Shown in pieces: positions 51,549 to 63,353 of a stretch of DNA of 64,000 nucleotides. The DNA comes from Mobula hypostoma (lineage: Eukaryota): contig NC_086097.1 of NCBI RefSeq assembly GCF_963921235.1, forward strand, positions 248,250,001 through 248,314,000, in the 5' to 3' direction. Positions within the stretch are counted from its first letter, which is position 1. Every line of letters begins with the position of its first letter. A program made the position numbers and the translations under genes. A model generated the notes under the pieces. The model worked only from the letters and a program-made list of their open reading frames with translations. It had not been told where the DNA came from and searched no databases.

Positions 51549-52833
51549 GTAGGGGACCCGAAGGCAATGAGGCTTAGGTAAATACAACAATGAAACATTA
51601 AATTAGTAGTTATATACATACCGCCGAGTGTCGCTACAGACCACAGTAACTCGTACATTGTGTTTTATAGGATTGCCTTTATACAATTCAGGTGCTTTCT
51701 ATGCCACATTGGATCCAGAATAACATTTTGTTCTCCTTTACATTCGTGACCAAAGAATGACAATAAACTCTCTTGAATCTTGAAATGACAATGGTGTACA
51801 AGCGAAAGACTTCATGTCAGAAGGCTTAGCTTTATTTGTCACGTGTACATCGAAACACCTAGTGAAGCGCCATCGTTGGCGTCAAATCAAATTCGGGAGG
51901 ATTGTGCTGGGTAAAGCCCGCAAGTATTACCAAGTGCCAACGTAGCATGCGCAAAACTTACCACCCCTAACCCGTGCGTCTTTGGGAGAAAACCAGAGCA
52001 CCTAGAGGAAGATGTACAAATTCCTTACTGACTCCTTATTGAACCATGATCGGTGATCACTGGCGGTGTAATGTGCGAACGGCTGCACCACTGTGCCGTG
52101 TCATAATGCCAGGGTGACCTCTGCACGGCAGCCAGCAATGCAGGTGCCCAAAATGTGCTCTCTGGGTAATGAGTGCTCTCGAAACAGTTGCGTTTTCCGT
52201 GAGTCTGCTCCCAGGACAGTGGTGTTACTGCCAAGCCGTGTTGGTCCAACAGGCGGGGTGGTTCCCTCCTCTATGAAAGGGCCCCACAACACCCTCATCA
52301 GCCCCTTGGAAAGTGCTCCCAGCAGCACTCTGGTGGAAAGAATGCGTTCCCATTGGCACGCAGCCAGCAAGGTCCAATAGCTCTCGGTCAACAAGTGATC
52401 TTTCGGGAGGGTGAACCCTCAGGCCCTGATGGTGTACCTGGTAGGCCTCTGAAAACCTGTGCCAACCTGCTGGCAGAGGGTGTTCAAGGACACTTTCAAT
52501 CTCTCACTAGAGCAGTTGGAGGTTCTCACCTGCTTCAAAAGGGCGACCATCATACCAGTGCCCAGGAAGATCAGGGAGAGCTGCTTGAAGGACGATTACC
52601 CAGTGGCTCTCACAGTGACTGTGATGAAGTACTTTCAGAGGTTGGTCATGGCCATAATCAACTCCTGTCTCAGCAAGGACCTGGACCCACTGCAATTTGC
52701 CTATCGCCACAATAGGTCTACAGCAGATACAATCTCAGTGTCTCCACTTGGCCTCGGATCACCCGGACAATGGTAATACCTACGTCAAGCTGCTGTTTAT
52801 TGATTACAGCTCAGAATTTCAACACGATCGTAA

Positions 52834-53327
52834 TGTATGATTAAGTATTCTTTTTTTTTGGCGCGTGCGTGCGTGTGCGATGTTGGCGAAATGATGTCTT
52901 TTTCATGCCTTTACAAGGCGTGGAGCGAGAGAGAGAGACTGTGTGACACGTTGCTCCCTCACACAGACATTTCGCAGCATTTTCCCCCTTTTATTTTACG
53001 GGGTCAAGTTGCGATCTCGACACTCAACCCGGCACGGATGGAAAGTGTACCTGGGAGCGGACCCGGCTGGTTTCGAACTCGGGAACCTCCATTCCAGAGT
53101 CCAGCGCTGATGTCATTGCGCCACCAGCCGGCCCATGATTAAGTATTCTTGTTTATTTAAATAATTCATTACGGGTTATATGTAAAAATAGGTGAATTAC
53201 ATACATCATCAAGCTACGTGTGATATGTGCACGCCTCACTTAAAGTAAACATGAATTTAGACCCGCATCCCTGGACTCCTGTGTCTTTCTTTCAATTAGT
53301 TTAATGCTTTGAAGTTAAAAAACGTAA
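52834..53327. mobile_element. Short AT-rich LTR-like insertion within the Rex1 RT
   Basis: Starts tgtatg and interrupts FNTIV / VLIHK; the right terminus lacks a clear CA. Confidence 0.45.
52853..53134 (-). mobile_element. Poly(A)-tailed tRNA-derived SINE with perfect 16-bp TSD
   Basis: Minus 5' gggccggctggtggcgcaatg (A box), gagttcgaaacc (B box); T-run at the left end; TSD atgattaagtattctt at 52837-52852 and 53135-53150. Confidence 0.92.
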
Positions 53328-54149
53328 GTTCTAATCCACAAGGTGCAAAACCTGGGCCCCTGTACCTCCCTCTACAACTGGATCTTTGACCTCCTCACCG
53401 GGAGACCACAGTCCGTGCAGATTGGAACTAACTTCTCCTCCTCATTGACAATCAACATTGGTGCACCTCGGGGATGTGTTCTTAGCCCACTGCTCTACTC
53501 TCTCTACACCCATGACCGTGTGGCTGGGCACAGCTCAAACACCATCTGTAAATTTGCCAATGACACAACTACTGTTGGCAGAATTTCAGATGGTGATGAG
53601 AGGTGTACAGGAGTGAGATAGATCAGCTGGATGAGTGGCGTTACAGAAACAACTTTGCACTCATCTCAGTCATACTAAGGAGTTGATTGTGGGCTCCTAG
53701 AAGGGGATGATTCTCATCGAGGGGTCAGAGGTGGAAAGGGTGACCAGTTTCAGGTTCCTGGGTGTCAAACATCCTGGGTCCAACATACTGATGCAACTTC
53801 AAAGAAGGCATGACATGCGGAGAATTGGTATGTCACCAAAGATGCGCAAATTCTTACAGGTGTACTGTGGAGAGCATTCTAACTGGCTGCATCACCGTCT
53901 GGTGTGGAGGGGCCACTGCAGAGGATCAGAAAAAGCTGCAGAAAGTTGTAAACTTAGCCAGCTCCATCATGGGCACTAGCCACCCCAGCATCCAGGACAC
54001 CTTCAAAAGGAAATACCTCAAAAAGGCAGCATTCATCATTAAGGACCCCCCCCATTATTCAAGATATGGTCTCTTCTCATTGCTACCATCAGGGAGGAGG
54101 TACAGGAGTCTGAACACACACGCTCAACGATTCAAGAACAACTTCTTTC

Positions 54150-54996
54150 AGAGAGACATTGATAGGATGCAGAAGTGGGCTGAGAAGTGGCAGATGGAGT
54201 TCAACACGGAGAAGTGTGAGGTGGTACACTTTGGAAGGACAAACTCCAAGGCAGAGTACAAAGTAAATGGCAGGATACTTGGTAGTGTGGAGGAGCAGAG
54301 GGATCTCGGGGTACATATCCACAGATCCCTGAAAGTTGCTTCACAGTTGGATAGGATAGTTAAGAAAGCTTATGGGGTGTTAGCTTTCATAAGTCGAGGG
54401 ATAGAGTTTAAGAGTCGCAATGTAATGATGCAGCTCTATAAAACTCCTGGTTAGGCCACACTTGGAGTACTGCGTCCAGTTCTGGTCGCCTCACTATAGG
54501 AAGGATGTGGAAGCATTGGAAAGGGTACAGAGGAGATTTACCAGGATGCTGCCTGGTTTAGAAAGTATGCATTATGATCAGAGATTAAGGGAGCTAGGGC
54601 TTTACTCTTTGGAGAGAAGGAGGATGAGAGGAGACATGATAGAGGTGTACAAGATAATAAGAGGAATAGATAGAGTGGATAGCCAGCGTCTCTTCCCCAG
54701 GGCACCACTGCTCAATACAAGAGGACATGGCTTTAAGGTAAGGGGTGGGAAGTTCAAGGGGGATATTAGAGGAAGGTTTTTTACTCAGAGAGTGGTTGGT
54801 GCGTGGAATGCACTGCCTGAGTCAGTGGTGGAGGCAGATACACTAGTGAAATTTAAGAGGCTACTAGACAGGTGTATGGAGGAATTTAAGGTGGGGGGTT
54901 ATATGGCAGGGTTTGAGGGTCAGCACAACATTCTGGGCCGGCACAACATTCTGGGCCGAAGGGCCTGTACTGTGCTGTACTATTCTATGTTCTATG
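54150..54996 (+). mobile_element. Young CR1 3' fragment with 7-bp TSD
   Basis: TSD ttctttc at 54143-54149 and 54997-55003; near-identical to the minus copy at 7788-8579. Confidence 0.92.
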
Positions 54997-57000
54997 TTCT
55001 TTCCCTCCACCATCTGATTTTTGAATGGACAATGAACCCATGAACACCATCTCACTTCTTTTTCCCCTCTCTTTTCACACTACAGTACTTACTTAGTTTA
55101 ATATTTTTATATTTTTATTGTAATTTATAGCTTTTATTAATATATATTGCAATCTACCGCAAAACAACAAATTCCACGACATACACTGGGGATATTAAAC
55201 TGTTTCTGATCTGATCCTTGGCAGCCAAACGAATGGACTGTAAATTCTTACATCCATAACGCGGGCGTTGGCCAAGTCTCTGAACGGGGCTCCCAGTGAA
55301 GGTCACCAGCATTGCCCCAGTGATGAAGGTGGAAAAACCTTCCCTTCATATCCATCGTCCAGCAAAGGATGGTCAGTTTTTAGTGCCAGTGTGAAAGGTT
55401 AAAGATGAACTTTTTTTGTCACATGTACTTCAAAATATCAAAGCATGTCGTGGAATGCATGGTTTGTGTCAATGACCAGCACGATCTGAAGGCAACCTGC
55501 AATGTCGCCACGCTTCCAGCCCCAACATAGCATACGCACAGCCTGCTAACCCTAACCCGTACATCTGTGGAATGTGGGAGGAAACCAGAGCCCCCAGAGG
55601 AACTCCAGGCAGTCATGGGGAGAACGTACAAACTCCTTACAGGTAGTGACGGGAATTGAATCCCGATTGGTGACTGCTGGCACTGTAAAGTGTTTGTGCT
55701 ACTGCTACACTCCCGTGTCGTATTATTGTGACAGAGTGACTTCTGTACAGCAGTCAGTGATGAAGTTCCCCTACAATGTGCTCTGCTTGTATTGAATGCC
55801 CTTCAAACAGTTGGCGCATTTTCATTTAATCTGCACTCGGGATGACGGTGTCGGAGTTGGTCTCCTTTCTTTAGCTCTCCTGAGTGTCGTGACCAGTTCA
55901 AACAAATAGGCTGCCTGGCGCATCAAGCCTGCTCCACCATTTAATCAGATCATGGCTGATCTGGCCGTGTACTCAGTTCCACACTTTTCCCCTCAACCCT
56001 TAATTCCCCTGCTATGCCAAAATCTATCTAACTGTGTTTTAAATATAACTAAAGTCTCTATCACTTCTCTGGACAAAGAATTTCACAGATTCACTTCTCT
56101 CTGGGCAACTGTCCTCTGTAGTTTCTCCTCATCTCCGCCCTAAATCGATTTCCCTGAATCTTTTCCTGTTTAAAGTCAAAGTACATTTATTATTGAGATT
56201 CATCTTCTTACATGCAGACACAAAACAAAGAAACCCAATAGAACCCATTTTAGAAAAGGCCATCAAGCACCCAATGTGCAGAGAAAACAGATCATGTAAA
56301 TGATAAAAATAAGCAAATAATGAAGGTGAGTCTACAGCCAATCCAGGAGCCCTTTAACTGCACACCACAGACTCAGTGGTTCCAGCAATGCCCATATATT
56401 GGCTCATTCCACGTTCTTGGGACCAGGCCCCGTGGGCCTCAGTTTGGCCCATAACTGCCACGTTGTAACCACCCTGCACCTTAAAGACTTCAGTTCACAC
56501 TGCAAAATGTCAGATCATACAGGGGGTTCAAACGCTCAACTCCAAAAGGGTAGGTACAGCCTATTGAATGGAGTGATAATTTACTAGAAGAAGTGTGAGT
56601 AATGAAGTAGTGAGAATTTGTGTTTGCTGCCACCAAGTCATCACTGTGCCTCACCAGAGAAAAATTCCTGCAGAGGACAATTGCACTATTATCCTCTGAC
56701 GCTAGAGGGAGCTCTTATTGGTCACTACAGAGGTTGGGAGGTCTCGGCATTCATGTTTCTGATAATGTTTGCAGAAGCAATTTCTGCTGTGGAGGCCAAG
56801 TCATTGGGTATAGTGTGGGTGTCTAGGGTCTTGATTAGTTGGGGTGTCAAAGGTTACAGGGAGAAAACAGGAGAGAGGGATAATAAATCAGCCATGATGG
56901 AATGGCAGAGCAGACTTGATCGGCTGAATGGCCTAATTCTACTCCCATGTCTTATTGTCTTCAAAATAAAACACCAACTCTTGATTTCTTTTCCTTTTAG

Positions 57001-57086
57001 GCAGAAGAGGAGTTCCAAAAGGCTCAGAAAGTCTTCGAAGAATTAAATACAGATTTACAGGATGAATTACCATCATTGTGGTCAAG
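57001..57086 (+). CDS. AMPH: Amphiphysin exon 7: [28 protein letters not shown](R)
   Basis: ttccttttag acceptor, gtattc donor; 86 nt, phase 0-2; [14 protein letters not shown] is AMPH-type. Confidence 0.95.
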
Positions 57087-57418
57087 GTATTCAATTTTAT
57101 TCTCTGATATAACTTGTTATCTAAAAGCATGTCTTTAATCTCTGATATGCACATTATCAAATTCAAAGAGAAACGTAAACAGCCGTTATTTTATTCCCAG
57201 TGTTCATTCGTTATGTGCCGTGATGTATGACATAGGTGATCATGGTCTTTCCATGAGTATGACTATTCTTGGCCAATTTTTCTACAGAAGTGGTTTGCCA
57301 TTGCCTTCTTCCGGGCAGTGTCTTTACAAGACAGGTGACCCCAGCCATTATCAACACTCTTCAGAGATTGTCTGCCTGGTGTCAGTGGTCGCATAACCAG
57401 GACTTGTGACATGCACCA

Positions 57419-58123
57419 CACACATCAAAGTTGCTGGTGAACGCAGCAGGCCAGGCAGCATCTCTAGGAAGAGGTACAGTCGATGTTTCGGGCCGAGACC
57501 CTTCGTCAGGACTAATTGAAAGAAGAGCTAGTAAGAGATTTGAAAGTGGGAGGGGGAGGGGGAGATCTGAAATGATAGGAGAAGACAGGAGGGGGAGGGA
57601 TGGAGCGAAGAGCTGGACAGGTGATTGGCAAAAGGGATATGAGAGGATCATGGGACAGGAGGCCCAAGGAAAAAGAAAAGGGGGGGAGGAAACCCAGAGG
57701 ATGGGCAAGGAGTATATTGAGAGGGACAGAGGGAGAAAAAGGAGCGAGAGAAAAAGAATGTGTATATATAAATAAATAACGGATGGGGTACGAGGGCCAT
57801 CCTCTGGGTTTTTCCCCCCCTCCCCCTTTTCTTTCTCCCTGGGCCTCTTGTCCCATGATCCTCTCATATCCCTTTTGCCAATCACCTGTCCAGCTCTTGG
57901 CTCCATCCCTCCCCCTCCTGTCTTCTCCTATCATTTTGGATCTCCCCCTCCCCCTCCCACTTTCAAATCTCTTACTAGCTCTTCTTTCAATTAGTCCTGA
58001 CGAAGGGTCTCGGCCCAAAACGTCAAATGTACCTCTTCCTAGAGATGCTGCCTGGCCTGCTGTGTTCACCAGTAACTTTGATGTGTGTGGCTTGAATTTC
58101 CAGCATCTGCAGAATTCCTCGTG
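57419..58123. mobile_element. Long fold-back Penelope-derived insertion with two opposed hammerhead motifs
   Basis: Arms at about 57417-57705 and 57797-58090 are reverse complements; motifs at 57477-57514 (minus) and 57993-58028 (plus); imperfect TSD cttgtgacatgcacca / cttgtgatatgtatca. Confidence 0.88.
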
Positions 58124-60069
58124 CTTGTGATATGTATCAGCTGCTCCGATGGCTTCACGTGACCTTGATCGGGGGCTAAGCAGATTCTATACCTTGCCCA
58201 AGGGTGATCTGCAGGGTAGTGGAGGGAGAGAGTGCTTATACCTCCTTTGGTAGAGACGTATCTCCACCCCACCATCACCCATTTCATGGTAGAGCAGGTG
58301 AAAATCGCACCATTTGGTTTGCAACAGCACAACGGTTGGTGAGTGACCTGGACTGTTGTTTTCCACAACGCCATTCAGACTGCTTTCAAAATTCCCAAGG
58401 AGTGGGAAGAGGTGCAGTTACGCACATTCTTACTTATGCAGTGTTAATGGTCACAGCCAGGTTGTGGTGGGAAGGTGCCAAGCACGATCTCACAAACAGT
58501 CCTTTGCTAATTAGGCAGAGGAGTATGTGTCTGAGACACCTTCTAGTGGATGCAGGTGATCATGGGTAAGGTGTAGAGAAACTGTTAGCATTCATTTCAC
58601 AAAGACTAGAATATTAAAGCAAGGATGTGATGCTGAGGCTTTGTAAGGCATTGATCAGACTGCACTTGGAGTATTGTGAGCAGTTTTGAGCCCCTTATCA
58701 AAGAAAAGATGTGCTAGCTCTGGAGAGGGTCCAGATAAAGTTCATGAGAATGATTCCGGGAATGAAAGGGTTTATGTATATGGACTGTTTGGTGGCCCTG
58801 GGGCTTTACTCACTGGAGTTTAGAGTGGCACAATAGTGTAGTGGTTAGCACAATGATTTACAGTACCCGGGTTCAATTCCCACTGCTGTCAGTAAGGAGT
58901 TTTACCATCTCCCCATGAAAGTAAGAGTTTCTTCCGGGTGCTCCTGTTTCCACCCACAGCCCAAAGACCTACTGGTTAGTAGGTTGATCGGTCATTGTAA
59001 ATTGTCCCATGATTGGACTATGGTTAAATCAGAGCCAGAAGGGCCAATTCCACAATGTATCTCAATAAATTAATTCAATGATAAACAAGTAAACTCAGAG
59101 GTGTGGTGAGTACTTGAAACAAGCTCAAACAAGAGAAAATCTGCAGGTGCTGGAAATCCAAGCAGCACACACAAGATGCTGGAGGGACCCCCAGCAGGTC
59201 AGGCAGCATCTATAGAAAAGAGTAAACAGTCGATGTTTCAGGCCAAGGCCTGTCTCAGCCCGAATCGTAGACTATTTACTCTTTTCCATAGTTGCTGCCT
59301 GGTGCTGAGTTCCTCCAGCATTTTATATGAAACGAGCTGCCAGAGGAAGGGGTTGAGGCAGGTACAATAGTATAATTTATGAAGCACTTGAACAGGTACA
59401 TGGAGGGGTGGGGACTGCGGGAGGGGTTGTGGATATTGACTGAACGCAGGAAATTGGGACTAACATTTTCTCCTGGCAATGGTTAATAATTGGAATGGTT
59501 AAAGTAGGAATCATATTCAGAGCCTGCATGTTTGGTCACAGAATGTTGGGATCTATGCAGTGTGGATTCATAAGGATGCTGGAAGGAATGGGAAAGTCTG
59601 ATTGTAGAAAGAGCATAGAGATATTTGCAGTGTTTGAAAAGAGACTAGGACAAGGCTAAAGAGCAATTTTTAAATGAATGAAGTATTTTCTTTGGTTTTG
59701 GAGTTGGTGTTTACATAGATTGTTGAGAATGAGGAAGGTGAAAGCTTGCAAAGGGTCATGCTTTAGGATTTATTTTCATTTTAAAATCTTTTTAAATTAT
59801 TATTAAAGATCAACAAAAAATACATTGAGATAATCAAGTCAATATGTCAATATGTACAATGAAGAATTAAATTAGCAAATGACTGATTAACAAAGCTAGG
59901 ACAGCAAGAGGTCCAACGTTACCTTACAAAGGCATGGGTGGTTCCACAGGACCTACTCTTCCAAACCCACAAACAGAAATTAATGTAGAAGATAGAACAT
60001 TGTAGCACAGTACAGGCCCTTCGGCCCACAACATTTTATAACCTTTTAACCTAGTCTGAGATCAATCTA

Positions 60070-60590
60070 AGTTCCCCAACCATACCGCAGCCACCACCCT
60101 GCGACCAGACATTGTCCTAGTGTCTGAGTCTACTAAGCAAGTGGTGCTGCTGGAGCTGACAGTCCCATGGGAAGATAGCTTGGAAGAGGCCTTTGAAGGG
60201 AAGCTCTCCAAGTACGCAGGACTGGTCAGCAACTGTCAGCAGGCTGGATGGAGAGCGAGGTGTCTCCCAGTGGAGGTTGGTTGTAGGGGATTCGTAGCCT
60301 GTTCTTTAGTTAGAGCCTTCAGCATTTTGGGCATTGAGGGAGAGAGGAAGAGGAGAGCCATCCGCAGTACCACCGATGCGGCAGAGAGGGCCTCAAGATG
60401 GCAGTGGCTCGAAAGAGGGGAGCCATGGAGTCATAAGTAGCTAGCCATCTGGACACAAGCTGGGGTCTGATCAGCCCCGGCTGGGTCACCTGGAGGAGGG
60501 TGTATGATGTTGAAAGGCCCGAAACACCCGATGATTCCAGGAACATCACTGAAGATGTGTCCAGAAGCATCAATAGATGTATGTACACAG
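60070..60590 (+). mobile_element. HERO-like (R2/NeSL group) non-LTR retrotransposon 3' fragment with restriction-like endonuclease
   Basis: TTLRPDIVLVSESTKQVVLLELTVPWE...KLSKY...PVEVGCRGF, a PD-(D/E)xK REL motif; stop at 60440 followed by a structured 3' UTR. Confidence 0.85.
60448..60565 (+). ncRNA. Structured 3' UTR RNA with a rearranged hammerhead-like core
   Basis: Six complementary helices readable by eye, plus GUA, GAAA and CUGAAGA positioned as in a hammerhead core (see findings). Confidence 0.6.
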
Positions 60591-61854
60591 TGGAGTCTCC
60601 ATTTGGTAGCGTATGGAGTAAGACTTTTTTGTCTCAGCTCTGTCTTTCACAACTTACTTTCCACTGCTAGATCCATTTCAAGTTTGAAGATTTATTGTAT
60701 TTGCTGAAGGATTTTACCATTTAATTACGATGGCTGGAAACGAATTACCGAGTGGCAAAACTCTTCCTGAGCCACAACAAACAGAGAAATCAGAGGAAGT
60801 CTCTACTTCAGACAGAATGCTCTCTTTAATAGAAGCTAATAATGTGAAGATCTGAATACCAAAGACGCTGAATACCAAAATGGATAAATTGATGAAAGCT
60901 AATGAATTGTTTGAAAAGACCATTATCGCTATTCAGGAGCCTTTGAAGAATTTGGAAGATCGATATCAAACACTTAAGCAGAGTACTCACAAAATTGAAA
61001 GGGAATTTGAATTAATGGATCAATCTATTAAGGAATAGGATTTGAAGATATCTTTTATGGAAAAGAAAATTAATGAGAATACTCTGGAATTATCAAGAAT
61101 TAAGAAGAAAACGATTGATTTGGAAAGCAGAAATCGCAGGATGAATCTACATATACTGGGTTTGCCTGAAGATACGGAAATCGGTGAGCCACTAAAGTTT
61201 TTTTCGAACATGTTATACTCACTTTTTAGTGACATTCTCGAAGCCAGTCCGATATTGGACAGAGCCCACCAAATTCAGCGTTTTAAACCATCAGCCAAAA
61301 TTAAACCACATCCTGTAATTCTCTGTTTGCATTACTTTATAACCAAAGAAGCTATTCTTCAGGATGCAAGGAAAAGGGATAAGCTAATCTATAATGAAGT
61401 TAAGATTTGTATAGTGGAAAATTTTACCCCAGAAATTTATCACAAAAGAATTAAGTATCGGGAAGTGATGGCGGAATTTTTTTAAATGAGCTGTCACCCT
61501 TTGCTGCGTTACCCAGCACGTCTGATGATTATTCCACCCAATGCTCGTTCAAGACGGATTGACTCTCCAGAAGATGGTTGGAAATTTATAGAAGAGTTTA
61601 AGTCCACTTCGTAAGCAATTTGAAAAGTTGATCCTTAGCTGGGACTGGTTTGTAACGCCGTTGATGAAAGTCCGCTATTCATTTTATCAATGTTCAGATA
61701 CAGACTTGGTTAACTTACTTAGATCTGTTGTTGTTTGCTTTAACAGTTAATGTAATTCTGAATTTAACACATATATATTTACTTATTTTTTCTTTGATTT
61801 ATAAGTCTTTAATATTAGTTGTAGTATATTTTAGTTGATTGGATTTATTCGAAT

Positions 61855-62785
61855 CAACAACAATTGTAGGCCATATCTCGGGTAATGATGAGTTTGAGTA
61901 CAGAGAGGAAATTAAGAACCTGGTGGCATGGTGCGAAGACAATAACCTATCCCTCAACGTCAGCAAGACGAAGGAATTGGTTGTTGACTTCAGTAGGAGT
62001 AGTGGACCGCACGACCCAATTTACATCGGTGGTGCGCAAGTGGAACAGGTCAAAAGCTTTAAGTTCCTCGGGGCCAATATCACAAATGACCCGACTTGGT
62101 CCAACCAAGCAGAGTCCACTGCCAAGAAGGCCCACCAGTGCCTTTACTTCCTAAGAAAGCTAAAGAAATTTGGCCTGTTCCCCTAAAACCCTCACTAATT
62201 TTTATAGATGCACCGTAGAAAGCATTCTTCTAGGGTGCATCACAACCTGGTATGGAAGTTGTCCTGTCCAAGACCGAAAGAAGCTGCAGAAGATCGTGAA
62301 CGCAGCCCAGCACATCACACAAACCAATCTTCCGTCCTTGGACTCACTTTACACCGCACGCTGTCGGAGCAGTGCTGCCAGGATAATCAAGGACATGACC
62401 CACCCAGCCAACACACTTTTCGTCCCTCTTCCCTCCGGGAGAAGGCTCAGGAGCTTGAAGGCCTGTATGGCCAGATTTGGGAACAGCTTCTTTCCAACTG
62501 TGATAAGACTGCTGAACGGATCCTGACCCGGATCTGGGCCGTACCCTCCAAATATCTGGACCTGCCTCTCGGTTTTTTTGCACTACCTTACTTTCCATTT
62601 TTCTATTTTCTATGTTCTATTTATGATTTATATTTTAAATGATTAATATTTAATATTTTTACTATTTTTAATATTTAATATTTGTAATCCAGGGAGTGTG
62701 AAGCGCAGAATCAAATATCGCTGTGATGATTGTACGTTCTAGTATCAATTGTTTGCCGACAATAAAGTATAAAGTATAAGAATAA
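61855..62785 (+). mobile_element. Rex1/Babar 3' fragment inside the L1
   Basis: WCEDNNLSLNVSKTKELVVDF, FYRCTVESILLGCITTWYG, SFFPTVIRLLN; (AATAAAGT)n tail. Confidence 0.88.
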
Positions 62786-63171
62786 AGTATGGCTTTGCCT
62801 AATTTTAGAATGTACTATTGGGCAAAAATATTCCATATAATTACTTTTTGGATTCACTATTCAGATATACATGAATGTCCTTCATGATTGGATCTAGAGA
62901 TAAACTCGGTGAAAGGATTCTCTTTGGCCTCTTTACTGGGAGTTCCTCTTCCCTTTCAATTTGGTTTCAGTTTCGTAGATTTTTTGAGTTAAATAATTTT
63001 AGTCTTTCTTATAATATCTATCTCAATTTTTTTTAAACCATCAATTTTGGATAAGGCCTTTGGAAAACCAAGGGAATAATAACTTTTTCAGATTTGTTTT
63101 TAGATGCCTTTTTCTCAGTTAGTGGATAAATATGATTTATCATATTTATTATATGATTTATTCATATATGA

Positions 63172-63353
63172 TGAATGCACTGCCTGAGTCAGTGGTGAAG
63201 GCAGATACACTAGTGAAGTTTAAGAGACTACTAGACAGGTATATGGAGGAATTTAAGGTGGGGGCTTATATGGGAGGCAGGGTTTGAGGTTTGGCACAAC
63301 ATTGTGGGCCGAAGGGCCTGTACTGTGCTGTACTATTCTATGTTCTATGTTCT
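63172..63353 (+). mobile_element. Short 3' end of the young CR1 subfamily inserted in L1 ORF2
   Basis: Matches 54807-55000 almost base for base. Confidence 0.88.

Larger units (their letters stand above)
52410..55200 (+). mobile_element. Rex1/Babar RT remnant carrying three nested insertions
   Basis: [64 protein letters not shown]; the 3' end resumes at about 55001. Confidence 0.88.

Noticed and set aside
53050..53134. tRNA gene
   Set aside because: SINE head: A and B boxes are present but there is no complete cloverleaf, and it is followed by a SINE body, tail and TSD. The same applies to 34700-34784.
53810..54454. 214-aa chimeric ORF
   Set aside because: Chance in-frame fusion of a Rex1 remnant with an inserted CR1 fragment at the 54149 junction.
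55225..55300. Possible BIN1-exon-7-like alternative exon after ttggcag (PNEWTVNSY...)
   Set aside because: In-frame TGA before any phase-0 donor, and no similarity to the BIN1 insert as recalled.
57382..58130. Paired sense and antisense ORFs of 114-185 aa
   Set aside because: Mirror translations of the inverted-repeat arms, with low-complexity purine/pyrimidine tracts.
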